Shown in pieces: positions 53,327 to 63,600 of a stretch of DNA of 64,000 bases. Both the position numbers and the translations under genes were made by a program. The stretch is from Candidatus Cloacimonadales bacterium (lineage in GTDB: Bacteria; Cloacimonadota; Cloacimonadia; Cloacimonadales; JAIOQZ01): contig OY771587.1 of NCBI GenBank assembly GCA_963674825.1, positions 3,264,001-3,328,000 on the forward strand. The letters run 5' to 3'. The notes beneath the pieces were generated by a model. It was given only the letters and a program-made list of their open reading frames with translations, did not search any database and was not told the DNA's origin. Each line of letters begins with the position of its first letter. Position 1 is the first letter of the stretch.

Positions 53327-53503
53327 CTACATCATTATCTGTTTCAGATACTGGTTGATTATATTGATTTCGATATTCTCTGGATCAAATCCATCTCCAA
53401 ACCATTCGCGTAAGTCATCAAATCCTTCGTTCCGCTCATCAGACTTGAGTATCTCTTGGATTTGAGAATACTCAACCACGCCGCCGCAGTTTTAAGGTGA
53501 ACA
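53327..53503 (-). pseudogene. Remnant of a pRiA4b ORF-3 family gene (C-terminus only, in-frame stop)
   Basis: Hand translation CSP*NCGGVVEYSQIQEILKSDERNEGFDDLREWFGDGFDPENIEINIINQYLKQIMM* resembles the family pattern PPEDCGG..GY...W.G..FDPE.F....IN..L. Confidence 0.6.
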
Positions 53504-53537
53504 AACTTGCAAAGAAGCAGTTCCGTTGTATATACAG

Positions 53538-56500
53538 CTACTCCCCGACCTTTTTCTCCATTCCCTTTCGCACTCCCACGGTCGTTTGATCGGTTGACGT
53601 TACGTAGTACCAGTATGAGAGAGCTGTGGCTGCGGAGATATCGGTGAAGGATGTAGTGAAAACAGGCCCGGCGACAACGGAGAATGGGCCATCGGGATTA
53701 TCGGCGCGGTACACTAGGTAACTCGTCGCTCCAGGTACGGAATTCCAGGACAGAACGACATCGAAGCCGCTGATATGCAGTATTACGTCAGTCGGTGATT
53801 CAAGACTCGTCAGATCGCCTAAATCATGAGGATCGGTGCCGTATGCAATCGCGAGTCCGTCGTATAGTGGACCACGATCACCATGGAATGTATAACAAAT
53901 CCCTTGGGAGCCATCGCTGCTTTCGATACCGACAACGCACTCGTCCAGTACAATGTCCTCATCGAATGACAGATATTGCATCTTGATTTTACCTGTATCG
54001 TACAGGATAACCTGAGCCGTCAGATTTCCCGGACCTTCTCCGGGGTATTCATGATAGTGAATCATGGAAATGACAAAAATCTGATTCACTCCCGAGGTGG
54101 TAGTCTGGTAATAAACATGGGTATCATCATCAGGATTGTCTTCGGGATCCATGTCATCCCAGAACCAGGCAATCAGGTCGTTGGGATCGTTTGAGCTGGG
54201 CAGTATGCTGTTGTTGTAGTAGCTGGAGCCGATGGAGCCATCGAAACTCAACCACCCATTGGAGCTGAAGTAAATCTCGTTATAGGAATTCCCGAAATAG
54301 GGAAAAGCGAATCCGATAGAAATGGGCGTATCGACAAATTCGTCATCGTCGGGAATAGACATTTCCGTACCAGTCGCGCTGATGTCGATCCAGTTGAAAG
54401 TGGGATAACTGGCAGCGCCGACCGCGCCAAGGCTGCTGTTGGAGAAGTAGTAGTATCCAGAATCTTCTGTCCCTCCGCCATAGGAGTAGTTCACACCCGT
54501 TGCGGTCAGAGGATAACTATGAACAACGCGTCCCTGATCGTCGGTGATGTCGAGACTGGCGTTTTTTTCTCCTTCGGTCAGCGGTGTGCAAGATACGTCG
54601 ATCTGGAGTAGTTCGGTGGTCAAACTGACGGGAATCGACAGATTCATCGTGAAATCGAAATCCCCGGAGTCCTGGCCGCTGATGGACACGCCATTGATGC
54701 CGATCGCGCCTAATCCGTCATTGTGAACCGAGAACGAAACCGGAGTGCTGGTCACATGCAAATCCACAACTCCGAACGCCGCCTGATTCGGTGTACAAAC
54801 GTAGTTTGGCGATGCCGGTGCCGACTCGATACTGACATCATCCATATAGTAGTTATATTGCGCCTGGGGAGAGTCTCCGTGCCAGCCAATAAAATAGGGT
54901 CCTGAAGTTTCCGGGATAAAAATGCCCGAATTCTCTGTCCACACCGTTGTATTCTGGATGTAACTGGCCAGATGGTGAACTGTAGCATCTGGATCCTGGG
55001 CATCCATAATCCAGACATCCAGATGATGAGGCGTGTGATAGGTTGAATAATCCCGCCCCCACCAGGACACTCGATATCCCAAGCCTGCATCCAGCCAGAC
55101 AGGTTTGCTATACAGCCAGTCATCGATCGGGCTGAGTTCGTAAGGCCCTCTCAACCAGGCGACCATCGTACCGGAATGCGCGTTAACGCTGAGGCTATTC
55201 GAAGACCAAGTTTTACCGTCAGCGTTCACGTCATCGACAATCCAACCGTTGGGAAGATCGGGAGCGATAAGGGCGTCAAAGTTTTCGAGGTAGGGTACGG
55301 TAGCCGGTGGGAGTGCAGTACCAGATAGAGGATATGTATGAGGCGTTCTAAGTATGGTGTCGGATATCTCCAGGCTGACAGTCTTCGCACCTTCGGAATG
55401 CGGTTGGAACCAGACTTCGATATCCAGATAACCGGTTTCGGGGATTGATGTCGGTAACGTCTGGTCATAAGCCAGTTTGAAATCCACTGTGTCGGCTCCT
55501 GCAAGATGGATGTTGTCGATGTCCAGGCTACCGCTTCCGGCATTTACGATACGAAAAAGCGATGGATCGGAAGATTGCCCTACAAACCACGGCCCGAAGT
55601 CATCGATTCCTACTTCACATGAATACATGGGTACGGTCGGTGTTTCCTCGATTGCGAAATCGTCGATTGCCATATCGCTGAGATTTCCCGGTACCAGGAA
55701 TCCCACAAATCGAATCCGCACAATACCCTGATACCCGTCAAGAGAAGCCAGACCGCGGTGCCACTGGTTACCCTGATCGCCACTCATGCCCCATACATCG
55801 GTCCAGACCGTGGATGCATATTCGTTGACCTGCACTGTCAACGATCCCATGTCTGCGCCATACATATGGTACCAGAAACTGATCCGTGGTATCGAGAGTG
55901 TGGATACGTCAATGTATGGACTAACAAGAATGGCATCTTCGTAGTTCGAACTTTCAGTCTCCGTGTACAAGTACTTTCCACCGCCGGTCATGTCATCCGA
56001 TGGTCCTGTATCTGGTGTTGGAGTGGAGTATTGGTTTATAATCCAGTCTAGGTTGTCATCCGTCTCCTGCACCCATCCGTCGGAAACGATTGTTCCAGGG
56101 GGCCAGGTATCGAAATTCTGGCTGTAGGGCGCTAGCTCGTGAGGAGCATAGACCGCGTTTCCTATCAGAGGAACAGTATGCACGGCTCGTATCATCGTAT
56201 CGTTTCTGTGTGCTGTGCGAGTCAGGTAGCCTGCATTATTCGGAGTTCGGGTCATGTTATCGGCAATCTGTAAGGTAGCGGTTTTTTCTCCGAGACTTTG
56301 CGGTGCGAAGGTTACATGCAGCGTATCGGTTTGCCCGGTGTTCAGCTCGATAGGAAAGGTTATCGGCTCAAGGGTATAATTACCCTCCGGATCATCGACA
56401 ATGGATATAGAACCTTCGTTGATGGTGAGGGTTCCTCCACCTATATTGGTGATGATGAAGTCCTGCGACTCGGTATCGATTGAGGGGACATCACCAAAGT

Positions 56501-59500
56501 CGTACTGATTGGGAATCGCGGCGAACACAGGTACATCCGCAGTATATTCGAGGGAAATATTATCGAAAGCTCTTCCTCTTAGTGGCAGGAATGCCCACCC
56601 TACCCGGCCAAACCGGAGCTGAAACTCGTCGCTGAATTGTTGTCCCGCATCAGCAAGAGTCTGGCTGACATTCAGACCTGTCACTTCGATCCAAGTGAAA
56701 TCCACGGGAGTATCATCGATATTGATAATCTGTATCCAGTCATCGGAAGTCGAACCTCGAACCCAGACACCATCTCCATACCAGTCGTCTTCCGCGTTAT
56801 AGTGCCAGAAACTGAGACTCACCGTGCCTGTATCGGTACTGTAATTGCTCAGATTGAGGCTGGCAGTCAGATAGTTGGTCCCCGGATCTCTAGTCCCATT
56901 GCAATCCATAGCCGCACAGTGCATCCCATTTTGCGCTGCGAAATAGGGGCAGGCAAACTGGAGTCGTGCGAGGCCTTCATGGAAATATTCCCATACAGGC
57001 AAACCATTCAAGATCACTTCTGATTCTTCATACAATTGCTGTGGGCCAACAGATTCGAAATCCTCGGTCCAGGGAAGAATCAGGGCTGTGTCTGGCACGC
57101 GCAGGGTCGTGAACGAGAAGGTGTCAGTGCGAATCCACTGAGTGCCGTCGAGAGTGGTTTCCGCTTGCCAGTAGTATCTTGTCAGGGGAGCCAGACCAGG
57201 CGGATACCAGGGAATGGATACATTCGAATATAGTGGGTTATTCGCCAGGTCCGGATCCTCCCCAAACCGGATGTTGATCTGGTTTGGTGTTTCGGCCATA
57301 TCCCAGCTCAGTGAAGTGTCGAGTGGTTGCTCCGAACTTTTATCGGCAGGCAGGAGATTGGTGTAATAGGGTCCCGTGGAGAACTCCCACGCGTCTCCCA
57401 GCCGGAATAGAGGCGGATCGAGTGTAGTGTTCCAACCCACCACATACCACTGGTAGTTAGTCAGATAGTCCACATTACATACGTAAGCGCCGTTTCCGCC
57501 TGGCGTAGCAGAGCCACCTGCTACGACCTGAACCAGATTGCCTGGCTCACCCAACCAGAGATCATAAGCGTCCGTATCCGGGCCAAATACCCACTCAAGT
57601 GAACAATCTACATTCTGGTTGCCGGCCCCGAAGACGGGAGCGATGAGTTGAGGAATTCCGGGGGTTCCCGCCTGGTATTGAAGGAAGCGTACATTAGGTA
57701 CATCCTTTAACACATACATGTGTTGGGCTGGAACCTGGGGGTCGAGCGTTGGATTGATGCCGCCATCGCTTTGCCAGGAGCAAGACCTGTTTGAATTCGT
57801 ATGCGTCGAATTGATTTCGGGTGAGTATGAAAAAGCGCCAGGCTCGTTCCACATACACACGTCGACGACGACATTGTCGACACCGTTCCAAATGAAAGGC
57901 GTGGTGAAATTCACGCCTGCCCATCCCTGGGATACGTTGAAATAGACAGGACCGGAATTGAATACTTCGATCAACCCGTCTCTGAGAAAGTAGTTATAGT
58001 AGTCAGCATGATAGTATTCTGGATAACCGGTGTGGCCAAGTCGAACACAGTATTGATCCTCATCCAATGCTGGAGCATGAGTCCAGTCCCATTGTATCCC
58101 TTCAATTGGTTCTCCTGCCACCATTCCCGCCGCCGTCAACTCACTGGCGTAATAGGTGGTTTGAGTGCGTCGGTTCAACCAGTAACCATGTGCGATGCAG
58201 TAAAAATCGGTCGTACCGTCACCGATTTCGAAATAGCCGTCTGTGGGCATGCTGGCCGTTCTAAGCAGCCTGGTTTCGCTATAGCTGATACCAGCGTCGT
58301 TGATAGCGTAGGCCCGATAGTGATAATCGGTGTCCGGTGTCAAACCCGATATGTTTATCATGAAGGGACCGTTTCCGAAACATCCAGAATCTTCAGTGAT
58401 GTTGTCCGTGATATCAGGCAAGTCGTCATGACTGTAACAGAAACCCCGCGCGTAGCAATCGCCAACGCCAGTGTCGAAGACAACTCCGCTGATATCGGCT
58501 GAAATGGTCGTGATGTTTTCGGCTCCGGAGGCAGCTACAAGTGGGGTTAAAGTGAAAACCGAAGAACACCAGTTGGAGGTGGTCCCTGTCATTGCGAAAT
58601 TATTGAGCGTTCCTTTATAGTTACCCGCATAATCAATGAGTTCATTAGGCAGGCCAGTGTTATCCTGCCCTGCGTTACCCTGATCAAAGCGATAAAAGGC
58701 TACAAGGCCGGGCTCATCCCCGGTTAACAAGGTGTTCATGTTGTTTTGTATCTGAGTCGGAGTCCGGCTTACGTTCCAGACACGAACATCATCAATTTGA
58801 CCCCGGAAGAAATGACCACTGTAACTGGCGTCCCGACCGATACTTGTTTCCATATTGAATTCAACCATTGCATGAGGCACGTTATGAGATACACCATATC
58901 CGTTTAAAAACACCGTTGCTCCCTGAGGAGAAATGACCAGCGCAACATGGTTCCATTCATTGTCCGTTAGATAGAGCCCTGTGGGAAACCCCGAATTCTC
59001 ACTATCCCAGTCATATCTCAATTCGTTATCGCTTCGCAGGAATATTCCTGCAATTGCCGTATCTTGGTGATAATTTTCTGTTCGGGAAATGATAATGCCT
59101 GCATTGTCACTCTGGACTCCGTTGGGCTTGACCCAGGCTTCCATGGTTATCGTGTAGGATTCCAGGTTCAGGTCCGGAAGGCTGACGTAATCATTGCCAC
59201 CATCAAAATCCAGACAGTTACCGGAAGGAAACCCCGCCGTGGTATACTGTTGGGTTTCTCCATAACTGATACCACTGCCATTGACAGCATATGCCCGTGT
59301 ATAATAGGTCGTTCTGATGTCCAGACCATTTACCGTCAGAGTAAAGGGTCCGGTGCAAAAGCTGCCGTTTTCCTGAACGGTGTTGTCTCCGATAGTAGGA
59401 CAATCGCTTGTGCTGTAACAAACCCCACGTGTCGTAACGTCTTCGGAGCCGATACTGAAGATCTCGCCGCTGACCTGAGCGGAAAACGCTCCGATGTTTT

Positions 59501-60932
59501 CAACCTCGCTAGTGGTTAGAATGGGCGTAGTGGCCAAGCCGGTGAAACACCAGTTGGAGGTAGTGCCGTTCAATGCAAAGCCGTTCAGGGTTCCCTTATG
59601 ACTTCCGGCGTAATCGATGAGTTCGTTGGGCAGGCAGGCGTTATCCTGCCCGGCATCACCCTGGTCAAAACGATAACCGGCAATAAGACCGGGCTCGTCC
59701 CCATTTATCAGGGCGTTCATGTTGTCCTGAATTTGGGTTTGGCTTCGTGCGGTGTTCCAGAAGCGGACTTCGTCCATCCCCGCTCTGGCGAAATCCTGTA
59801 GCGAGCCGTTGAAATTCCGGCATCCGAGGTTAATCGGGTCGGAATTGGTATTCAACACCCCGTTCTGGGCGTCGGAATCCACAAGGTTTCCATTTACATA
59901 CAGATTCTGGAATGCACCATCATAGGTGAAGGCGATATACTGCCAGATACCGGCGGTCAAGTATGTTCCTGAAAAAACTCTCGCTGGGATGAAGGTATCA
60001 GCGGTCAGATAGACCCCATCAAGATACAGGCGGAATGTGGCCTCCGAGGCGACTTCGTTGTATTTCGTGATTAAAAACTGTAAGCCGGAATCCTGGGGTT
60101 TCAGCCAGAATGAGATGGTGAAGGTGTTAAAATTCAGATCGTCCATATGGTCGATTGAAATATAATCGTTGCCGCCATCAAATTCAAGGAAGTTACCGGA
60201 TGGCGAAATAAGCGGAGCGGTGGAGTCTGTCCAGGCATCGGGTAGTGTGAAGTTGTTCAAAGTTCCATCATTGTTGTGGATAGTAAGGTCCTCCAAAGTA
60301 GTTCCTCCGGATTGATCGAAACGGTAATAAGCGACCAGACCGGTTTCGTCAGCATCTATCGGATGTTGCATGTTCTGCTGGATTTGGGTCTGGCTACGGG
60401 CGATGTTCCAGATGCGGACTTCGTCGATCTGACCGTCAAAAAAGCCATAACCTTCAAGATGACCAATATATACCTGATCGGCGATATCACCGATGGAAAA
60501 GCTGCCAGACAGTCCAGAACCCACCTCCTGGCCGTTCAAGTAGATGCGTTGAGTGACGCCGTTATAAGTGGTTGCAAGGTGAATCCAAGTGTTTGTAGGC
60601 AGGATTTGTGTCGTTGGATTGTAGAAGTGGCGGGTTCCGTCCGTTTCCTCCAGTTCAAACCAGATTGTTCCATCGATACGGATCTGGATGCTGTATCCAC
60701 CGTTGGTTTCATAGCCTTTGGCGATGATGCCAGGGTAGCTCGTCAGGTTTTCCATCCTGATCCAGGCCTCGAGCGTAATCTCTGTGACGATGTCCACGGA
60801 AGGGCTATCGGGCATTGAAATGAAATCCTCGCTACCGTCGAAAGAGAGGCAGTTTCCTGCCTGGGCGAAAAGACTGGTAAGACTAAAAGTTACCATGATT
60901 AATAACAAGAAATTGCTTAGGTCTCGATTCAT
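53538..60932 (-). CDS. 2464-aa secreted multi-domain surface protein (3 LamG-like, FN3-like, MAM, choice-of-anchor D/J-like, nidogen-like and C-terminal FN3-like domains)
   Basis: Signal peptide; FDGxxD[YF]...G.IDEVRIWN three times; MAM TGPSDD...GGKYLYTE...FWYHMYG...AIDD; Ig-like F.I.N.G...L.I modules; IAWFWDDM. Confidence 0.85.
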   Translation of the reverse strand: MNRDLSNFLLLIMVTFSLTSLFAQAGNCLSFDGSEDFISMPDSPSVDIVTEITLEAWIRMENLTSYPGIIAKGYETNGGYSIQIRIDGTIWFELEETDGTRHFYNPTTQILPTNTWIHLATTYNGVTQRIYLNGQEVGSGLSGSFSIGDIADQVYIGHLEGYGFFDGQIDEVRIWNIARSQTQIQQNMQHPIDADETGLVAYYRFDQSGGTTLEDLTIHNNDGTLNNFTLPDAWTDSTAPLISPSGNFLEFDGGNDYISIDHMDDLNFNTFTISFWLKPQDSGLQFLITKYNEVASEATFRLYLDGVYLTADTFIPARVFSGTYLTAGIWQYIAFTYDGAFQNLYVNGNLVDSDAQNGVLNTNSDPINLGCRNFNGSLQDFARAGMDEVRFWNTARSQTQIQDNMNALINGDEPGLIAGYRFDQGDAGQDNACLPNELIDYAGSHKGTLNGFALNGTTSNWCFTGLATTPILTTSEVENIGAFSAQVSGEIFSIGSEDVTTRGVCYSTSDCPTIGDNTVQENGSFCTGPFTLTVNGLDIRTTYYTRAYAVNGSGISYGETQQYTTAGFPSGNCLDFDGGNDYVSLPDLNLESYTITMEAWVKPNGVQSDNAGIIISRTENYHQDTAIAGIFLRSDNELRYDWDSENSGFPTGLYLTDNEWNHVALVISPQGATVFLNGYGVSHNVPHAMVEFNMETSIGRDASYSGHFFRGQIDDVRVWNVSRTPTQIQNNMNTLLTGDEPGLVAFYRFDQGNAGQDNTGLPNELIDYAGNYKGTLNNFAMTGTTSNWCSSVFTLTPLVAASGAENITTISADISGVVFDTGVGDCYARGFCYSHDDLPDITDNITEDSGCFGNGPFMINISGLTPDTDYHYRAYAINDAGISYSETRLLRTASMPTDGYFEIGDGTTDFYCIAHGYWLNRRTQTTYYASELTAAGMVAGEPIEGIQWDWTHAPALDEDQYCVRLGHTGYPEYYHADYYNYFLRDGLIEVFNSGPVYFNVSQGWAGVNFTTPFIWNGVDNVVVDVCMWNEPGAFSYSPEINSTHTNSNRSCSWQSDGGINPTLDPQVPAQHMYVLKDVPNVRFLQYQAGTPGIPQLIAPVFGAGNQNVDCSLEWVFGPDTDAYDLWLGEPGNLVQVVAGGSATPGGNGAYVCNVDYLTNYQWYVVGWNTTLDPPLFRLGDAWEFSTGPYYTNLLPADKSSEQPLDTSLSWDMAETPNQINIRFGEDPDLANNPLYSNVSIPWYPPGLAPLTRYYWQAETTLDGTQWIRTDTFSFTTLRVPDTALILPWTEDFESVGPQQLYEESEVILNGLPVWEYFHEGLARLQFACPYFAAQNGMHCAAMDCNGTRDPGTNYLTASLNLSNYSTDTGTVSLSFWHYNAEDDWYGDGVWVRGSTSDDWIQIINIDDTPVDFTWIEVTGLNVSQTLADAGQQFSDEFQLRFGRVGWAFLPLRGRAFDNISLEYTADVPVFAAIPNQYDFGDVPSIDTESQDFIITNIGGGTLTINEGSISIVDDPEGNYTLEPITFPIELNTGQTDTLHVTFAPQSLGEKTATLQIADNMTRTPNNAGYLTRTAHRNDTMIRAVHTVPLIGNAVYAPHELAPYSQNFDTWPPGTIVSDGWVQETDDNLDWIINQYSTPTPDTGPSDDMTGGGKYLYTETESSNYEDAILVSPYIDVSTLSIPRISFWYHMYGADMGSLTVQVNEYASTVWTDVWGMSGDQGNQWHRGLASLDGYQGIVRIRFVGFLVPGNLSDMAIDDFAIEETPTVPMYSCEVGIDDFGPWFVGQSSDPSLFRIVNAGSGSLDIDNIHLAGADTVDFKLAYDQTLPTSIPETGYLDIEVWFQPHSEGAKTVSLEISDTILRTPHTYPLSGTALPPATVPYLENFDALIAPDLPNGWIVDDVNADGKTWSSNSLSVNAHSGTMVAWLRGPYELSPIDDWLYSKPVWLDAGLGYRVSWWGRDYSTYHTPHHLDVWIMDAQDPDATVHHLASYIQNTTVWTENSGIFIPETSGPYFIGWHGDSPQAQYNYYMDDVSIESAPASPNYVCTPNQAAFGVVDLHVTSTPVSFSVHNDGLGAIGINGVSISGQDSGDFDFTMNLSIPVSLTTELLQIDVSCTPLTEGEKNASLDITDDQGRVVHSYPLTATGVNYSYGGGTEDSGYYYFSNSSLGAVGAASYPTFNWIDISATGTEMSIPDDDEFVDTPISIGFAFPYFGNSYNEIYFSSNGWLSFDGSIGSSYYNNSILPSSNDPNDLIAWFWDDMDPEDNPDDDTHVYYQTTTSGVNQIFVISMIHYHEYPGEGPGNLTAQVILYDTGKIKMQYLSFDEDIVLDECVVGIESSDGSQGICYTFHGDRGPLYDGLAIAYGTDPHDLGDLTSLESPTDVILHISGFDVVLSWNSVPGATSYLVYRADNPDGPFSVVAGPVFTTSFTDISAATALSYWYYVTSTDQTTVGVRKGMEKKVGE
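58568..59780 (-). repeat. Internal tandem duplication of a LamG+FN3-like block in the surface-protein gene
   Basis: ~58568-58790 and ~59548-59770 encode FDQGNAGQDNTGLPNELIDYAGNYKGTLNNFAMTGTTSNWC and FDQGDAGQDNACLPNELIDYAGSHKGTLNGFALNGTTSNWC. Confidence 0.8.
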
Positions 60933-61171
60933 CGAAGTCTCCTATGTTTTGCGTGTCTTATGTCTTCTTCTCTTGAGCTTATTGGTTCCGAAAGTTTCAC
61001 GAGTTTTTCGTGTTTTTCGTGTATCATTTGAATGACATGCACCCGAGTGGATTCCGTAAAATTCTCTACCACATTTTCGAAGCAACCATCTTCATACATC
61101 ACGGTAAATCCGATTGATTTATTTTCTGAGTTTTCATTCGTGAAAACAGCGCTTACGTTTTTGATCTTCAT
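60929..61171 (-). CDS. Hypothetical 80-aa protein coupled to the surface-protein gene
   Basis: GGAGGTG RBS before ATG 61171; its TGA overlaps the next ATG (ATGA). Confidence 0.6.
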   Translation of the reverse strand: MKIKNVSAVFTNENSENKSIGFTVMYEDGCFENVVENFTESTRVHVIQMIHEKHEKLVKLSEPISSREEDIRHAKHRRLR

Positions 61172-61193
61172 TTTCACCTCCATCCCCGAACAT

Positions 61194-61359
61194 AGGAAAT
61201 TCGATGCCAAAGCTCCATGCCGTCAGCCACGAAAAGCCATAATGTACTTATAAACAATAAATTAGACAATTTCTCTCTGCAATGCCGCGATTCGAGATTC
61301 CTTGAATACTAGCAAGAATTGCATTTTTGCAATTGACAGAATACAATTCATTTTTGCAT
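61194..61359 (-). promoter_or_regulatory. Putative sigma54-type promoter with IHF-like site and upstream activator sites
   Basis: TGGCATCGAATTTCCT (minus, 61209-61194; -12 GC imperfect); AAACAATAAATTA 61252-61264; palindrome AATTGCA-TTTT-TGCAATT 61317-61334 and a degenerate copy at 61345-61359. Confidence 0.5.
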
Positions 61360-61383
61360 CGTTCTTATACAAAGGAGGATGAA

Positions 61384-63600
61384 ATGGTGCGGCTGATTCT
61401 GGACAAATTTAGCAACAAGGTAGGCTATCCCATCTCCACTAAGGAGCAGTTTGAACGCCTGAGAAAAATCCAGTCTACACGAGAAGAAGAACAAGTTATC
61501 GACATCCTGGAAGTGCAGCTTCTCATTTTCCAGGGAAAACTGGATCAAGCTGAAGAAAATTTGCAAAATATTGGAAATCGGCTGGAAGGATCTGATACAA
61601 TGCTTCTTCAGGATTTAATATTATACAAGATGTGCAATATCTCAAATTCTCGTGGCGATGTGGATGTTTTCCTCGAACAAATCCAGGCTTGCTGTAAACA
61701 AATAGACAATCATGATCCAGGATTTCTTCCTGAGCGATACCATGTTCTTGGTGTCGCCTATATGATAAAACGAATGTATAAAAAATCCGAGGATGCATTT
61801 CTCAATTTTCTAAGAGCAGGACGCGAACAACATAATGATTGGATTATTGCACAAGCAATGGGTGATCTGGGACAGCTTTTTCTCCGCCAGGATTTGTATC
61901 ACGAAGCCCGAGAACATCTGAAGTATTCCATCGAGGGATTCCGGAAACTCGACAGGAAGGATTACCTCATTCAACCTCTGAATGACTATGCTCTCGTGCT
62001 TACGAACACGGGGGAGCCTGAGTCGGCTATCAGTGTGTTCGAAGAGCTTTTGGAGCTTTCCCGGGATCAGGAAGATAGGGTCAACCGAGGTAGATCGTTG
62101 TTCAATCTCGGTCTCTGCCACCAGAAACTCGATCATTTCGAGACAGCCCTGTCCTATTATCATCAGGCCATGGAGGAGGAAGAACTTCATAGAAGTCCCG
62201 CTCTTCAGCAGAAAGTACACAACAATCTCGGTCTGGTCTACGGCAGTTTGAAGAAAAACAATCTGGCGATCCAGCATCTCCAGCAGGCGTATGAGCTTGC
62301 TCGCAGGCAGGAAGACGAGTTTCAGCAACGAGTAGTTTGGAACAACATCCTGTATTATAAACTTCTGAACAACCACTTCTCGGAAGGGATGAAGGACGAA
62401 ATTGAAGAAATCATCGCGTGGTTCGAAAAAAGCGATTCTCCGAAGATGCTTATCCGTAGCATGCGTGTACTGGCCTTGTACTACAGGCAAAAAGGTCAAT
62501 TCGATCTTGCCTTCAACACGTTGGACAACAGTATTGTCAAACTCGATGATTTCTACAATGGACATCTTCAGGAACAAAACCGGGAATTCGCAAAACAACT
62601 CAAGGAATCAATGTCGCGGCGTGAGCGGATTCGTGACCTGCTGGAACCCGATCTTCAGAAGAGTGTGCAGCATAACATGATTGGTAACAGCGATGCCATA
62701 CGGAACGTTGTCGATATGGCAAGGAAAGCATCGAAGATTTCCGGGGTGAATGTGTTGATTACTGGTGAATCGGGAACGGGGAAAGAGATTTTATCCCGTT
62801 TGATTCATTTCAACAGTGCCAGAAGTAAAAACAGGCTTGTTACGGTTAATTGTAACGCAATCACCTCTACACTTGCAGAAAGCGAGTTCTTCGGTCATAC
62901 AGAAGGTTCATTCACCGGGGCTGTTTCAAACCGGATTGGCTTCTTCGAGCAAGCTTCCGGCGGTACTCTTTATCTCGATGAGATTGGGGACATGCCGCTG
63001 GAGATTCAATCAAAACTGCTACGAGCAATCGAAACGGGAAAAATCCAGCCCGTAGGCGGAGAGCATGAAATCGAGGTTGATGTTCGCATCGTTGCTTCAA
63101 CAAATAAAGATCTCGATGACTTGATTCTGCAAAACCGCTTTCGGCTTGACCTTCTTCACCGTATAAACGCAATTCACATCCGAATACCTCCTCTGCAGGA
63201 TAGAGAAGGCGATCTCGAATTGCTGATTGATCACTTCATCAAAGAGATTTCCAAGACCATGAATAGAAGGGAAGTTGTCGTTGATCCATCGTATATGCAA
63301 GCGCTGAAATCATACAGTTTTCCGGGAAATGTCCGTGAATTGAGAAATATCGTAGAACGAAGCCTGATTCTTGAAAACACAAATACACTGACCGCTGATT
63401 CTCTTCCAGAACTCAAGAAGGGAAAAGGAGATGTCATGGTAAATCATTTTGGCGTCTTGAACCTTGCTGAAGTCGAGAAGATTACTATCTTCAAAGCTCT
63501 GGAGAAAACAGAAGGATCTCAGATTCAAGCGTCCAGACTATTAGGGATCACCGAAAGTACGCTTAGTAGGAAGCTGAAAAGACTCAGGAGTAATTCATGA
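61384..63600 (+). CDS. Sigma54-dependent activator with N-terminal TPR array, AAA+ domain and Fis-type HTH
   Basis: TPR motifs (NLGLCHQKL..FETALSYY, NNLGLVY); ITGESGTGKE, GSFTGA, LDEIGDM, FRLDL, FPGNVREL; AAGGAGG RBS. Confidence 0.92.
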   Translation: MVRLILDKFSNKVGYPISTKEQFERLRKIQSTREEEQVIDILEVQLLIFQGKLDQAEENLQNIGNRLEGSDTMLLQDLILYKMCNISNSRGDVDVFLEQIQACCKQIDNHDPGFLPERYHVLGVAYMIKRMYKKSEDAFLNFLRAGREQHNDWIIAQAMGDLGQLFLRQDLYHEAREHLKYSIEGFRKLDRKDYLIQPLNDYALVLTNTGEPESAISVFEELLELSRDQEDRVNRGRSLFNLGLCHQKLDHFETALSYYHQAMEEEELHRSPALQQKVHNNLGLVYGSLKKNNLAIQHLQQAYELARRQEDEFQQRVVWNNILYYKLLNNHFSEGMKDEIEEIIAWFEKSDSPKMLIRSMRVLALYYRQKGQFDLAFNTLDNSIVKLDDFYNGHLQEQNREFAKQLKESMSRRERIRDLLEPDLQKSVQHNMIGNSDAIRNVVDMARKASKISGVNVLITGESGTGKEILSRLIHFNSARSKNRLVTVNCNAITSTLAESEFFGHTEGSFTGAVSNRIGFFEQASGGTLYLDEIGDMPLEIQSKLLRAIETGKIQPVGGEHEIEVDVRIVASTNKDLDDLILQNRFRLDLLHRINAIHIRIPPLQDREGDLELLIDHFIKEISKTMNRREVVVDPSYMQALKSYSFPGNVRELRNIVERSLILENTNTLTADSLPELKKGKGDVMVNHFGVLNLAEVEKITIFKALEKTEGSQIQASRLLGITESTLSRKLKRLRSNS

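Noticed and set aside
53500..53545. Second transposon end (…TATACAGCTACTCC)
   Set aside because: ACA is not directly followed by the expected ACTCC, and there are no GTCAC repeats before it.
221..63528. Many antisense and alternate-frame ORFs (e.g. 1924-2847, 12943-13902, 31098-31976, 49532-50317, 61810-62598)
   Set aside because: They overlap well-supported genes and have no recognisable motifs, so they are treated as shadow ORFs.
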